In this document: piece by piece, positions 18,514 through 29,405 of the stretch
Position numbering within the stretch: the first letter of the stretch is position 1
How the letters are laid out: each line of letters begins with the position of its first letter
Virus record (IMG/VR): IMGVR_UViG_3300049793_000365
Source: an uncultured virus (IMG/VR IMGVR_UViG_3300049793_000365)
Lineage: Duplodnaviria > Heunggongvirae > Uroviricota > Caudoviricetes
Strand: one strand, 5' to 3'
DNA length: 64,000 nucleotides
The notes under the pieces: generated by a model
Databases searched by the model: none
What the model was told of the DNA's origin: nothing
The model's input: the letters and a program-made list of their open reading frames with translations, nothing else
Position numbers and translations under genes: made by a program

Positions 18514-19271
18514 ATATCACCATAATCCCACGCATCTGGTGTGTGACGTTTGTAGAAATCATTATAGCCTTCTTCCGAATCAGCAAATACTTTACTTTCG
18601 AAATTTCCCCATACCTTACCATACTCTGGATGTGAAGCAACGAAGTCGCTTACCCATTCAAAATAATCTTCTGATACTATCCCAGTAATAGTCCATCCAT
18701 CTGGGTGAGTCTTAGTCAATTCGATTCCAGTTCTGCTATCATCATCGTCTCTTATTTCAGATGGGCTTAGTGTTAAAGCACCACCGTCTGAATTAAAATC
18801 TTCTTCGAACTTATACTGGTAAAATATGACCTGACCATCAACAATATCTTCTTTTAATACTTCCCATATACCACCCTCTTTTACTAAGTTTGGATTTTTA
18901 GCAATTATTAAATTTCCACCTATATTATTTGGTACATCATCGTATGTTAGTTTTGTTAGATTATTATTTGAGCAGTTATAATCACCATCAACGTATTTTG
19001 GTCCACCTTCTAATGATTCTAATTCACAACCTTCGCATATAAAAGATCCTGCTATGGATTCGAATCTGAATGGTAGTCTACCATTTGGACAATTTGCCTT
19101 CTCTATGAATACTGTGCTGTCTACACTAACTGATTTAGCATCATTTATGGTTATAGAAACAACCTTAACTATTTTCTTAATGTCAGCAATGGTATATGTT
19201 CTACCGTCTAAGCCTTCGACGTAAGCCCAGGATTCGTTAAATTTTGAAAAATTCTTAAGTATGTGTCCCAT
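18510..19271 (-). CDS. Leader-bearing protein (ILKNFSKFNES) with LRR-like repeats
   Basis: LESLEGGPKYVDGDYNCSNNNLTKL. Confidence 0.65.
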   Translation of the reverse strand: MGHILKNFSKFNESWAYVEGLDGRTYTIADIKKIVKVVSITINDAKSVSVDSTVFIEKANCPNGRLPFRFESIAGSFICEGCELESLEGGPKYVDGDYNCSNNNLTKLTYDDVPNNIGGNLIIAKNPNLVKEGGIWEVLKEDIVDGQVIFYQYKFEEDFNSDGGALTLSPSEIRDDDDSRTGIELTKTHPDGWTITGIVSEDYFEWVSDFVASHPEYGKVWGNFESKVFADSEEGYNDFYKRHTPDAWDYGDI

Positions 19272-19301
19272 GTGTCTTTATATATAAAAATAAAAATTCA
19301 C

Positions 19302-20030
19302 ATGAATATAACAACTGATGTTCTAAAAAGAACAGCCTCGAAACTGGGTTATAAGTGGTATACGGATAGACCAAATTTAATTGGTATAAGAACTACACTA
19401 CAAGTACCTGATGTTTTCAACGACTTATTTTGTTTAGTCTGGATTCAAGAGGCTATGCCTACTGGACTTGCTGCGTTACAACAACAGCAGTGGCTTAATA
19501 AAAACCTATTTGTTGGTGAAAATGGATTACCATTGAAAGAAGATGGTGACTTAGGTAACAATTCACAATTCGCGTTAACTCAATATACACAAGCTGTTGG
19601 TAAAGAACGAATTAAAATATGGACTATTACTTGCGACCCAGGTGCTTATTGGTTAAATCATCCATTGAGTACATTAGGTACTGCTGTGTTAAAACCAGGT
19701 CAATGGGTTGATTGTTGGGCATTAGCTAATCATCAAGGTAAAGCAGACCATCCAGCACTTTGTCAGGTTGGTAAGATTACCGTATATCGCGATAATGATA
19801 AGGATAATTTAGCAGAAGAAGCTAAAGAAGAAAGTGGTTTATTCGGTATCAATATTCACCGTTCAAATGCTAATGGTAGAACCATGGCTATCGGTAAATG
19901 GTCTGCTGGTTGTCAGGTTTTCCAAGTAAAGGCAGACCATGACCAGCTACTTTCTGTGTTAAATCAATATAAAACAAAAGTTGGTAATAAATTTACCTAT
20001 ACTTTATTGAGAGAAGCGCAGTTATCATAA
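19302..20030 (+). CDS. Putative cell-wall enzyme: YkuD/L,D-transpeptidase-like catalytic motif plus a peptidoglycan-binding-like insert
   Basis: GINIHR...WSAGCQV; LQQQ.L....DGDLG..SQFAL. Confidence 0.55.
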   Translation: MNITTDVLKRTASKLGYKWYTDRPNLIGIRTTLQVPDVFNDLFCLVWIQEAMPTGLAALQQQQWLNKNLFVGENGLPLKEDGDLGNNSQFALTQYTQAVGKERIKIWTITCDPGAYWLNHPLSTLGTAVLKPGQWVDCWALANHQGKADHPALCQVGKITVYRDNDKDNLAEEAKEESGLFGINIHRSNANGRTMAIGKWSAGCQVFQVKADHDQLLSVLNQYKTKVGNKFTYTLLREAQLS

Positions 20031-20077
20031 ATAATTCATAGTGGGGTTTAATATATACTAAAAAATTAAACCCCACC

Positions 20078-23000
20078 ATGTCTAAAGCATATAGTAATCT
20101 TTATATAATCGGCTCTGCCACTGGCTCAGCATTAACAGTACAAAATAATACTGGTGTTATATTAAATATTACCAGTTCTGGTTATGTTGGTATAGGAACT
20201 GCATCACCTTCTACAACTTTAGATGTTAATGGTATTTCCACGTTTAGAGGTGCGATAAAAAACTCAGCGGGTACCACTATTATCGATATTAATAGTGGAT
20301 ATACCATCAATGATAATGCTGGAAATCCTGTTATATATTTTGCTTCTAAAGCATTATATACTTCTGGTGGTTCTCCTGCTTTGAGTTGGTCAAATAGGCA
20401 ACTTATTAATTCATCATCTCAGATAACGGTAGGGTGGGAATCTTGTGTTATGAATGATGCCGCTGGAAACACGGCTGTAGAATGGTCAACTAGGAAATTA
20501 TATGCTAGTGATGGTACTACAAGAGTAGCTAATTGGCTTAATGGTAATTTAGCAGTTGGTTTAGATACTGGTACATCTAAACTTCATGTTGTTGCACCAA
20601 GTGGCACACCATTTATAGCAGAATCTACTATAGATGGTACTGGTGTGATTGCTAAATTCGTAAATAATGACGGTGGCTTCGATGCTAATCAGGAAATACA
20701 AATTGATATGAGTCAAGGAGCATCTACTGTTGGTAGAATGTCTTCATATTTCAGCGGTGGTCAAGCATGGGGATTCAAGTGGTATGGTCTTGATAATAGT
20801 GGGTTCTTCAATAGTGTTCCAATGTTGACATTAAGAGGTGATAAAATGAGTGGTGTTAATATAGCATCACCAAGTGCATCTTGGCACGTTAATAGTACGA
20901 GTGGTACTGCCTTTAGAGTTGATGTTTCTGGTTTAGGTAATGCGTTAAACGTAGACAGTACTGGTAATGTTGGTATAGGAACTGTACCAAGTTCATCATT
21001 CCCATTAGATGTTAGGTCAACTGGTGGTAGTCTTTATGCTAACTTTGATTTCACTGGTGTTGATAACGGTATTTTAATAAACGCTACTAGTAATACAACT
21101 CTTGCGATGAGAGAGGCTGGGGTTAATGAATATGTTGTTAAAATATCATCAGGATCAACATATATTGACACAAAGGGTGATTATTTATTGAGGTCAGTTA
21201 CGGCAAATCCATTACACGCGATTCAAAATGTAAATTCAATACCAACACACATATTATATGGCGATGTTTACTTTCAATACAATGCTGTTAATCACGGTAT
21301 CTTTACTGATACTGGTGAATTTGGTATTGGTACAATTAGTCCATCGGATTCTTTAACAATTAAAGCTACATCGAGTAAAGGTATCTCGATGTTCAATAAC
21401 TCAAATAATAGAACAGCGAGATTATTTACATATGATTCATTGGGTGGTAATCTATATTTAAATTCTGATGCAGGTGATGACTTAAAGATTGCTTTAGGTG
21501 CTGCTAATCCAAGTTGGGTTAATAATGGTCAGTTTTTCGGATTTCAAACAGCTACGCCAACTGATATAGTTGAAATTAATTCAGCTTTAGATTCAAAAGG
21601 TCTTTCTCTTACTAGGTCTGGGTCTAATAGAGGTAGATTATTTGCTTTTGATGGGTTTGGTGGTGTGTTTTATTTATATGATGACTCAGGAACAACACAG
21701 GTATCTCTTAGTGGTACGGGTAGTCAGTGTTTTATCGCTAATCAGAATTTCTCAATTGGTACTCAATCAGGAACAGCAAGATTACATATAGTTGGTGGTG
21801 GGACTTCATCTGGTCATGTATTTAAAGCAGAAAGCTTATCAGGTACTCCTATTTTATATGCTAAGAATGATGGTGGTATAACTATTAATTCAGCAACACT
21901 AAGTCAAGCTAATTTATTAAACATATTAGCTAAAGATGCTTTTAACGCCTCAGTTGTATTGAGAGATAGTACTGATTCATATAATATAATGGAATTAAAG
22001 GGTGATGGTTATTCTGTATTTAGAGCAATAACTATTAACGCACCATTATATCCTTCTCTAAATTTAACGAATGGTACAAATACACACACAATTCAGAATT
22101 CTGGTGGTGATTTATACGTAAGTGCGGGTGGTAGTGATAACTTAATATTGTATTCAACTGGCTCAGCACTATTAAAAGGTAATTTATTTGTTGGTAACTC
22201 AGTTGTTTCTGATAGTAGATTATACGTAAAAGGTGTTGATTCAACGTCAGCTAACTATGCTTTAAAAGTAGATAGTTCAACTGTTAATATACTATCAATT
22301 AGTAATAATGGGTTTAGTGGATTTGGTACAGCTAGTCCGGCAGCTCAAGTACATATTGAGAGACCAAATGATGGACAATATTTACTAAAAGTGACAAGTG
22401 ATGGAAACACTACATTGTCATCAAGATTAGCTTCCTTCGATACTACTGCCTTATCTCACACATTTGATGGAATTGGTGGTGGTAGTTATACATTCATTGC
22501 TGATGCCAATCCAACACTTATTTGGAATACAAGAGCCCTTGGTGAAACATTGACAATCGGTGGTTCGATACCAACATTGTCAACAACAAGACCAACATTA
22601 GTTATAGATGCACCGTTGGTTGGTGTTGGAATTTCATATCCAGCTACTACTGCTAAATTACACGTAAAAGCAAACGATTCTCTTGATTCTAGTTATGCTT
22701 TAAAAATAGATAATACAACTTCTAATATATTAACTGTTAGAAATGATGGTGTTTCCTACGTTAAACCAGTATCAGCATCGAGTAGCGTTTCATTGGGTGG
22801 TACGTTCTATGATTTTACAACTGGTGTATCAACTGCTACCTCAAGTGAGTCTACATTATATACAACGAGTGGTGTAGCACCTACATCTTATATGTTAGCA
22901 AGAGTTGGTGATAAGTTTAAGGGTAGATATAGTGGGTACTTTACAGGAGCAACAACATCTACTAAGACTATTAAATTTAAGTTCGGTGGTAATATTGAAT

Positions 23001-23278
23001 TCTCTAATAATGCGATAGGTAGTGATAAAAATTGGAGCTTAGACTTTACGATACTTTATATGAATAGTGGTACTATTAAAACCGATTTCAGATTTACTGT
23101 TGATGATTATACTAATGATACATCATATACAAATGTCTATGGTGGTCCTAGTGCTGGATATAACTTTACTATAGATAATGCTTTAGAAATAACTGGTGAA
23201 TCAACTGGTATTGGTGCTACTGCTGGTGACATAGTTGCTAATGTGGGTTGCTTGGAATATCTACCTGGTAGAGTATAA
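20078..23278 (+). CDS. Tail fibre / receptor-binding-like repeat protein
   Basis: Repeated G.VGIGT.SP...LHV units, Gly/Ser/Thr-rich, 1066 aa. Confidence 0.7.
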   Translation: MSKAYSNLYIIGSATGSALTVQNNTGVILNITSSGYVGIGTASPSTTLDVNGISTFRGAIKNSAGTTIIDINSGYTINDNAGNPVIYFASKALYTSGGSPALSWSNRQLINSSSQITVGWESCVMNDAAGNTAVEWSTRKLYASDGTTRVANWLNGNLAVGLDTGTSKLHVVAPSGTPFIAESTIDGTGVIAKFVNNDGGFDANQEIQIDMSQGASTVGRMSSYFSGGQAWGFKWYGLDNSGFFNSVPMLTLRGDKMSGVNIASPSASWHVNSTSGTAFRVDVSGLGNALNVDSTGNVGIGTVPSSSFPLDVRSTGGSLYANFDFTGVDNGILINATSNTTLAMREAGVNEYVVKISSGSTYIDTKGDYLLRSVTANPLHAIQNVNSIPTHILYGDVYFQYNAVNHGIFTDTGEFGIGTISPSDSLTIKATSSKGISMFNNSNNRTARLFTYDSLGGNLYLNSDAGDDLKIALGAANPSWVNNGQFFGFQTATPTDIVEINSALDSKGLSLTRSGSNRGRLFAFDGFGGVFYLYDDSGTTQVSLSGTGSQCFIANQNFSIGTQSGTARLHIVGGGTSSGHVFKAESLSGTPILYAKNDGGITINSATLSQANLLNILAKDAFNASVVLRDSTDSYNIMELKGDGYSVFRAITINAPLYPSLNLTNGTNTHTIQNSGGDLYVSAGGSDNLILYSTGSALLKGNLFVGNSVVSDSRLYVKGVDSTSANYALKVDSSTVNILSISNNGFSGFGTASPAAQVHIERPNDGQYLLKVTSDGNTTLSSRLASFDTTALSHTFDGIGGGSYTFIADANPTLIWNTRALGETLTIGGSIPTLSTTRPTLVIDAPLVGVGISYPATTAKLHVKANDSLDSSYALKIDNTTSNILTVRNDGVSYVKPVSASSSVSLGGTFYDFTTGVSTATSSESTLYTTSGVAPTSYMLARVGDKFKGRYSGYFTGATTSTKTIKFKFGGNIEFSNNAIGSDKNWSLDFTILYMNSGTIKTDFRFTVDDYTNDTSYTNVYGGPSAGYNFTIDNALEITGESTGIGATAGDIVANVGCLEYLPGRV

Positions 23279-23331
23279 ACTCACTAATTTTATTTGATAG
23301 TTTAATATATAGAGAAATCTAATGTTACACT

Positions 23332-26300
23332 ATGTCTAAAATATATGATAATCTTTATGTTGTTGGTTCTGGTGTTGGTTCTATTTTAAATATAGAATCT
23401 GACAGCAATAATCTTTTCGTTGTAAAATCAAACGGATATGTAGGTATCGGAACAGCTAATCCAACAGTTAAATTACATATAGATGGTGGTAGCAATCCAA
23501 ATACAAACTTACTTTTAAAGTCAACTGGTGTTGACTCAGGTATAATTATTGATTCTGGTGAATATCCATTCTTCGCATTGCGTTCATCCGGACAACAAAG
23601 CTTTTCAATGGTTGGTCTTGGCTCAAGTACCGTATTATTTAGACCTACTTCAGGTGTTCAGTGGAGGGACTATACTAATAATCCAGCATTTGGTACAGTT
23701 GGTTTAGATGCCCCTGGTCATTATTCATATTTCTATCACAATGTTTTGTTTGGTTCTGGTGGTACACCAAATGCCAGAGTAGTAATTAATAGTGCTGGTA
23801 CACAATCTGGTTATTCATTATTGGTGAATAATGGAGCTAGTAGCAATTTAGTTTATATAAAGGATAATGGTGAAGCTGGATTTAGCAGTAATACTGGTAG
23901 CAATGAAACTAGTTTTGTTATTAGTAATACTGGTACTGGTAATTCACTAAGAGTTGATTCATATTATGGTAGAATTTATATGGGGTCTAGTCCACCTACA
24001 GGAGGACAATATGCAACGTTGACTTTAGGTCATTATGGCGTACAAGCGTTTTTAAACTTTGGACAAGATGGTGCTTTTGGTTCTATTGGTCCATATGGTG
24101 GTCAGGGAATTCTATTCGTTGGTAAAAATAGCTCCGATGTGAGTACTGAGTTTCTTTTAACTTCTGAGCCTGGGTACTATGCTCTAAATAACAATACAAC
24201 GGCATATTTTAAAAGAAATGTTTGTATTGGTGGTACTATGGATGGTTCTGCAAGACTCATAGTAGCTGGTGCCAGTGCGTCATCTTCTACATCTGCCTTA
24301 AAGGTACTTAATGTAAACAATACACAATTACTCTCAATTAAAGATGATGGTACTAGTAAATTTATTGGTAATTTGGAAATTGGAACAAATGCAGCATATG
24401 TGTTTAACGGAACATCCTCAATATTTAAGGTAACAAACACTAATGGTGCTTTGATAAATCTTTTTGACGGTGGTGGTTTAGAACTTAATAATTTTCAGAA
24501 TAATCTAGGTAGTGATAACAGTAATCAAGATTTCAAATCTTATTTCAGACACTATTCTATTATGTCACCAGTGAATGCGGCAAGTACTTCTGGTAATACA
24601 TATTTTCATGTTACAAATAACCTTAGTTGGAATGGCGCTCCTTATATCAGAGCTGGATTAAACACACTCAATACTGACCAATTTACGGTTTTTAAAGTAG
24701 GTTTAAATTTGGGTGGAGCAGCTGGTTCTGGTACAAATACTATTGTAGAACTAGAAGATAACTATGGAACTTACTCAACAAGTGATGTAACTACTTATTA
24801 TAAGACTGGTTTAAAGGTAATACTTAATGATTCTTTCACTAATGTAGGTGCAGGTGACGCTGTTTCAAGAGGTCTATATGTTGACGTTACAAATGCTGAT
24901 ATAAATAATGCTATACAAACAGTTGGTGGTAATGTTATTGTTGGTGATAATATTGGTGTGGGACTTACTACACCATCTGAGAAGATAGACGTATATGGTA
25001 ATATTAAAGCCTTTGGTGCCTTAGTTGACGGGGGTACTTATAATGGTATTAGATTTAATAGTAGTGGATTTTCAAGAATAGCAATATCTGGTGATTATAA
25101 GTTCGATGGAGCTTTTGTTGAAGGTTTTAAGTTCTGGAATGGCACATATGATTTTATAAATTATGACCAATCAGGTAATAGTGGTGATACCATGCAAATG
25201 GTTGATAACTTCATCAAGGTTAAAAACGGTGGTTTAGATTTATCTGCTTACTTAGGTGTTGGTTTAACGAATAGTACACCAACATCTGTATTACAGGTAA
25301 AACACGGGGCTTCTAATTCACTCACAACTTCATTTAGAGTTGATAATGCAATCTCATCAGCATTCAGAGTAGCTTATAACGGTAATGTTGGTGTCGGAAC
25401 ATCAAATCCTGTTGTAGCACTACACGTAGAGAGAACTGGATCTGCTGCTACGATGGCTGTTGGTTCTGATGTTGTATCTAAAATATCAGTTGATAATATA
25501 AATACTGGTTCCGAAATAGCATTGGTATTAGAGGCCGGATTTGATAGATTTCAGTTTGCTAATCTAAATCAACCATTTTACTTTTCAACAACTGGGTCTG
25601 GGTCTGGTGCTTTTGCTAAAATAACTGGTACAAATGGTAACTGGACATTTGGTCAATTAGGAAATGTATATTCTGCTTCTAACTCAGCTAAAGTTACTAT
25701 AAACGGAAATGATGATTTAGTTAGCGGTTATGCTTTAAAAGTCCAAAATAGCTCAGAGGTTCAATTATTAACAGTTGATAATAATGGTGGTGTTAATATG
25801 AGACAAATAGGGCATCCAGATGGTACAGGTAGTGATATCCTTATATCACAGTCTGGTACTTTCTTCTCATTTAATGGTGGTGGTGTTAAGAATGGTGTAT
25901 TGAGTAATATGTTGGTATCACCTGGTGATTTAGATTTCAATACGGGTGCTGGTGCTGGTATTAAAAATGCGGCACATCTTAAACTTGCAACTACTGATGG
26001 TTTAGCAACTGATGGTGGTGGTGTTGAGTGCTTTATAATGATGCCTAAGGCTACTGGTAATTCTAACTACAATCTTTATAACTTCACAGCACCATCTTCT
26101 GGTGGAGCTATATTCTTTACTAATTATACTGACTCACCTAATAGACTTGCTGTTGTGAGTGCTATTGGTAAATATCAGTTGTTCAATAATACGGGTTGGG
26201 TTATGCCTATTGGTACAGCAAGTAAAGATTTAGGAGATGTTGATGCTAATACTACTGCTTCTGTTGGGTATAATCAATCAGAAGTACAAGAAATTGCTGA

Positions 26301-26622
26301 TAGATTAAGAGATACGAGAAAAGTATTAAAAGCTGTATTAGAACAATTAGGTAATTATGTTTATTCCGTAACTGCTGATAACACAACCGATGTAATTAAC
26401 TTCACATCACATGGTTTAACTAATAATCATCGAGTTAAGATAATATCTGGTACGATACCAACTGGATTAACACTGAATCAATATTACTTCATTGTAAATA
26501 AGACAGCTAATGATTTTCAATTAGCTACTGGTGCAGGAGGCGCGGCAATTGATTTCACGACAGACGGTGCTAACCTTGTATTACAAGTTGAATATTCTGG
26601 TATGAATATACTAACAGACTAA
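23332..26622 (+). CDS. Tail fibre / receptor-binding-like repeat protein; paralog of 20078..23278
   Basis: Shared N-terminus MSK.Y.NLY..GS; G.VGIGT.NP repeats. Confidence 0.7.
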   Translation: MSKIYDNLYVVGSGVGSILNIESDSNNLFVVKSNGYVGIGTANPTVKLHIDGGSNPNTNLLLKSTGVDSGIIIDSGEYPFFALRSSGQQSFSMVGLGSSTVLFRPTSGVQWRDYTNNPAFGTVGLDAPGHYSYFYHNVLFGSGGTPNARVVINSAGTQSGYSLLVNNGASSNLVYIKDNGEAGFSSNTGSNETSFVISNTGTGNSLRVDSYYGRIYMGSSPPTGGQYATLTLGHYGVQAFLNFGQDGAFGSIGPYGGQGILFVGKNSSDVSTEFLLTSEPGYYALNNNTTAYFKRNVCIGGTMDGSARLIVAGASASSSTSALKVLNVNNTQLLSIKDDGTSKFIGNLEIGTNAAYVFNGTSSIFKVTNTNGALINLFDGGGLELNNFQNNLGSDNSNQDFKSYFRHYSIMSPVNAASTSGNTYFHVTNNLSWNGAPYIRAGLNTLNTDQFTVFKVGLNLGGAAGSGTNTIVELEDNYGTYSTSDVTTYYKTGLKVILNDSFTNVGAGDAVSRGLYVDVTNADINNAIQTVGGNVIVGDNIGVGLTTPSEKIDVYGNIKAFGALVDGGTYNGIRFNSSGFSRIAISGDYKFDGAFVEGFKFWNGTYDFINYDQSGNSGDTMQMVDNFIKVKNGGLDLSAYLGVGLTNSTPTSVLQVKHGASNSLTTSFRVDNAISSAFRVAYNGNVGVGTSNPVVALHVERTGSAATMAVGSDVVSKISVDNINTGSEIALVLEAGFDRFQFANLNQPFYFSTTGSGSGAFAKITGTNGNWTFGQLGNVYSASNSAKVTINGNDDLVSGYALKVQNSSEVQLLTVDNNGGVNMRQIGHPDGTGSDILISQSGTFFSFNGGGVKNGVLSNMLVSPGDLDFNTGAGAGIKNAAHLKLATTDGLATDGGGVECFIMMPKATGNSNYNLYNFTAPSSGGAIFFTNYTDSPNRLAVVSAIGKYQLFNNTGWVMPIGTASKDLGDVDANTTASVGYNQSEVQEIADRLRDTRKVLKAVLEQLGNYVYSVTADNTTDVINFTSHGLTNNHRVKIISGTIPTGLTLNQYYFIVNKTANDFQLATGAGGAAIDFTTDGANLVLQVEYSGMNILTD

Positions 26623-26638
26623 AAATAATATATAATAA

Positions 26639-27118
26639 ATGTTAAAACGATTTTCAGAATTACCACCAGTTGAAAAAAAGATATTTGAGGAAATATCCAT
26701 GATAGCTGAACCAATAGCACAAGAAGAAGTAGCTGAACCAACAGGTGTAGTTGCTCTATTCTCAAAGTTATTCGAATCTAAAGAGCTTTCAAGGGTTTAT
26801 CACTTACAAGTAAGAGGTGAAGAAGGATCTTATGCTACCCATGTAGCATTAGGAATTTACTATGAAGCAATTGCTCCATTAGTTGACGACTTAGTTGAGA
26901 TTTATCAAGGTCAGTATGATATTGTAGAAGGATATACACCTATTCAATCTGATACTGGTGGTAAACCGCCAATTGAATATTTCAACGAATTAGCAGCTTA
27001 TATAAAAGCTGTTAGATTTACATTGTTATCTCAGGAAGATACACATTTACAAAATATTGTAGATGAAATTGTCGCGTTGATTTATAAAACTCTTTACAGA
27101 CTTAAATTTAATAAATAA
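26639..27118 (+). CDS. Ferritin/Dps-like protein (DUF5856-like)
   Basis: HLQ....SYATHVALG.YYE....DDLVE.YQG...LQNIVDEI..LI.KTLY.L. Confidence 0.75.
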   Translation: MLKRFSELPPVEKKIFEEISMIAEPIAQEEVAEPTGVVALFSKLFESKELSRVYHLQVRGEEGSYATHVALGIYYEAIAPLVDDLVEIYQGQYDIVEGYTPIQSDTGGKPPIEYFNELAAYIKAVRFTLLSQEDTHLQNIVDEIVALIYKTLYRLKFNK

Positions 27119-27638
27119 TTTTATTAATTTGAAATTCCCTATTGAATTGAATTAATGGCTTATCGGATTCCGTTAAGCCATTTCTGTTTTTAACTATTGA
27201 GTAATAGTATTTATCGCCCTCTTTATTAAAGATAATAACTATGTCTGCTGCGTACATCGGTGTTTGACCACCTATCATACTCATAGACCTTATATCGCTG
27301 TTAGCCATTCGCCTATATGTTGATCCGGATAGTATAAACCTATTATTATCAGACGCATAACTTTGTATTCTTCTGACTGTGTGTTGTATAACTTTAGACC
27401 TTTCTAAACCATCACCAACTTTAGTTATAGGCATCATCATTGTGTCTAAATGATAGTATTGTTTAAGATTGGTAGCCTCGTTTATATTCATATCCCTTTT
27501 CATTTGCTTATCGCTAAATGTAGTGATGTCAATTGGTGAAAATTGAGATATTAAATACTCTTTAATATGCTCAGAACTCGTATCACTTAGTATTAGCGAC
27601 ATACGTGAGTCATATATAAAATCAATTAGTTCTATCAT
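27108..27638 (-). CDS. Degenerate RecA/DnaB C-terminal-like domain with C-terminal tag (REFQINKII)
   Basis: GG...MYAADIVI...IVKNRNG; no Walker A. Confidence 0.5.
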   Translation of the reverse strand: MIELIDFIYDSRMSLILSDTSSEHIKEYLISQFSPIDITTFSDKQMKRDMNINEATNLKQYYHLDTMMMPITKVGDGLERSKVIQHTVRRIQSYASDNNRFILSGSTYRRMANSDIRSMSMIGGQTPMYAADIVIIFNKEGDKYYYSIVKNRNGLTESDKPLIQFNREFQINKIIY

Positions 27639-27967
27639 GTTTCGCTTATGAGTCCTATCTTATAGTCACGTAACCATAATTGGTACTCAATATTACTAAC
27701 ATATAGTATTGCGTTACTGCGAAGTTGATATGGCTTATCGGAATTTTTTAATCTATTGAATAGGTTATATGTGATACAAAAGTCATATGAACTTTTATTA
27801 CCCCATGTACTATCCACTTCTTCTACAATTAATATTTGAGCCGCTAAGTTTAAATCCTCACAGTATCTAAAGTCTGATTGTATAGCCAATACTAAATTAT
27901 CGCGCTGTTTAATATTATCTACTAAATACTTGGATAATTCACTTTTTGGTGATAAATGATAATTCAT
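27635..27967 (-). CDS. Hypothetical protein with C-terminal tag (RDYKIGLI)
   Basis: ORF. Confidence 0.6.
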   Translation of the reverse strand: MNYHLSPKSELSKYLVDNIKQRDNLVLAIQSDFRYCEDLNLAAQILIVEEVDSTWGNKSSYDFCITYNLFNRLKNSDKPYQLRSNAILYVSNIEYQLWLRDYKIGLISET

Positions 27968-28027
27968 TTTATAAAGATACAAACTATTTTAATTTGGACA
28001 TATATAATTTTATATTATTTTTGTAAT

Positions 28028-28297
28028 ATGAAATATGATAATTTTACATACGGTGAGCTTTTAGAGCTAATTGACTATTGTACAAGCCAATGTCCGGAAA
28101 AAATGAACTATCCGTATATTGGTAATTCTATCCGAGAGACATATCATGGTGCTACAAAAACAACTTATCCACCAAAAGGTGATGATGATGTTCTAACGAG
28201 TGTAGAAATGCTTCGTTTAAAGTTTTTTGGGTTAGATGAGTTACTGGTTGATTGGAGAAGATGGTATGGTCTCAATAAGCTCATAACAAGCGTATAG
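28028..28297 (+). CDS. Hypothetical protein
   Basis: After promoter TTTG-N19-TATTTTTG 27993-28023. Confidence 0.6.
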   Translation: MKYDNFTYGELLELIDYCTSQCPEKMNYPYIGNSIRETYHGATKTTYPPKGDDDVLTSVEMLRLKFFGLDELLVDWRRWYGLNKLITSV

Positions 28298-28494
28298 TGG
28301 GAGAGCGTTGGGAGATACAAGAAGAATGCTGTCAGTGTAGCTCGTCAATTACAGTATGGTTTGACCCTGAGTGGCCAGAACAACCATTTTGTGACTCTGA
28401 TTGTGCGATGGAATACTACTCACCGCAAAATATACAGATAAGAAAATCTCAATATAGAGATATAAAAATAGATAATATATTAAATGACGTTTAG
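28297..28494 (+). CDS. Small zinc-finger protein with C-terminal tag (RDIKIDNIL)
   Basis: CCQC...FCDSDC. Confidence 0.6.
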   Translation: MGERWEIQEECCQCSSSITVWFDPEWPEQPFCDSDCAMEYYSPQNIQIRKSQYRDIKIDNILNDV

Positions 28495-28771
28495 TACTTC
28501 CGAATTGAACTATGTTCAACCAAATGCTCTTCAAATAAATGGTAAAAATGGCGAAGCCATTATGATTGTGGGTGCTGATGGTAGCCTACAATATCGCTCA
28601 GATGGTGAATTAAAAATAGTGGAGTGTGATAAGGAATTATCTCTATTGTTTGTAACAGCGATATCTGGTATCACTGGCTTCAGCTTCATTGATAAAGAAG
28701 AGCTATATAAAACAATATCTCAAAACTTTCGCAATGGGCGAATTGATGATATTTTTAATAAAAATTCTTAA
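28484..28771 (+). CDS. Hypothetical protein with C-terminal tag (RNGRIDDIF)
   Basis: ORF. Confidence 0.6.
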   Translation: MTFSTSELNYVQPNALQINGKNGEAIMIVGADGSLQYRSDGELKIVECDKELSLLFVTAISGITGFSFIDKEELYKTISQNFRNGRIDDIFNKNS

Positions 28772-28773
28772 AC

Positions 28774-29244
28774 ATGATATTAACACACCCACCAAGTAAC
28801 GCAAAGAGCGAAGAGATATTTTCTTTTCCAATTGGGCGTGTTATGAATTTCATAACTGATAGTATGATATCAGTCGGTATAGAGTTTAGAAAAGTTGATA
28901 GTACATATGGATGGAGTAATGAGATAATTCATATGGGTGGTAAGTATTATGATGGTGACGTATATAAACTTTGCTTTCATCCAATTAAGACATTAAGCGT
29001 ATCTCAAGCAAGATATATAACAAGTCTCTTTTGTTGTCACGATGAATATGATAATATCGATATAAACAATGATGTTATTGCTCCAAAAGAATGGGTTAAT
29101 TATCTAACCTTTCAAACATCTATTACAGAAGAATCAAAACCATATGATGATGGCGTTCTATCTGGGAGAATTATAGTACAAATTAGGTTATATGGAGCAT
29201 ATATGTTAATTTTGGACGAAAAAATAAATAGTATCTTATGTTAA
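28774..29244 (+). CDS. Hypothetical protein with tag variant (LDEKINSIL)
   Basis: ORF. Confidence 0.6.
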   Translation: MILTHPPSNAKSEEIFSFPIGRVMNFITDSMISVGIEFRKVDSTYGWSNEIIHMGGKYYDGDVYKLCFHPIKTLSVSQARYITSLFCCHDEYDNIDINNDVIAPKEWVNYLTFQTSITEESKPYDDGVLSGRIIVQIRLYGAYMLILDEKINSILC

Positions 29245-29405
29245 TGATTGTACTTTACATATATCTTGCGATAGGATTCGTATTATCCATATTGGGTTTG
29301 GGATTTATGGCTAATTTTACATTCTGGAAAAAGATTGCTGGTATGGGTATGTGGGTTATACTTTGGTTCCCAATACTAATTAGCTTTTTTGCTCGGAAGA
29401 AGTAA
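29238..29405 (+). CDS. Small two-helix membrane protein (55 aa)
   Basis: Manual translation MLMIVLYIYLAIGFVLSILGLG...MWVILWFPILISFFARK. Confidence 0.5.
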   Translation: MLMIVLYIYLAIGFVLSILGLGFMANFTFWKKIAGMGMWVILWFPILISFFARKK

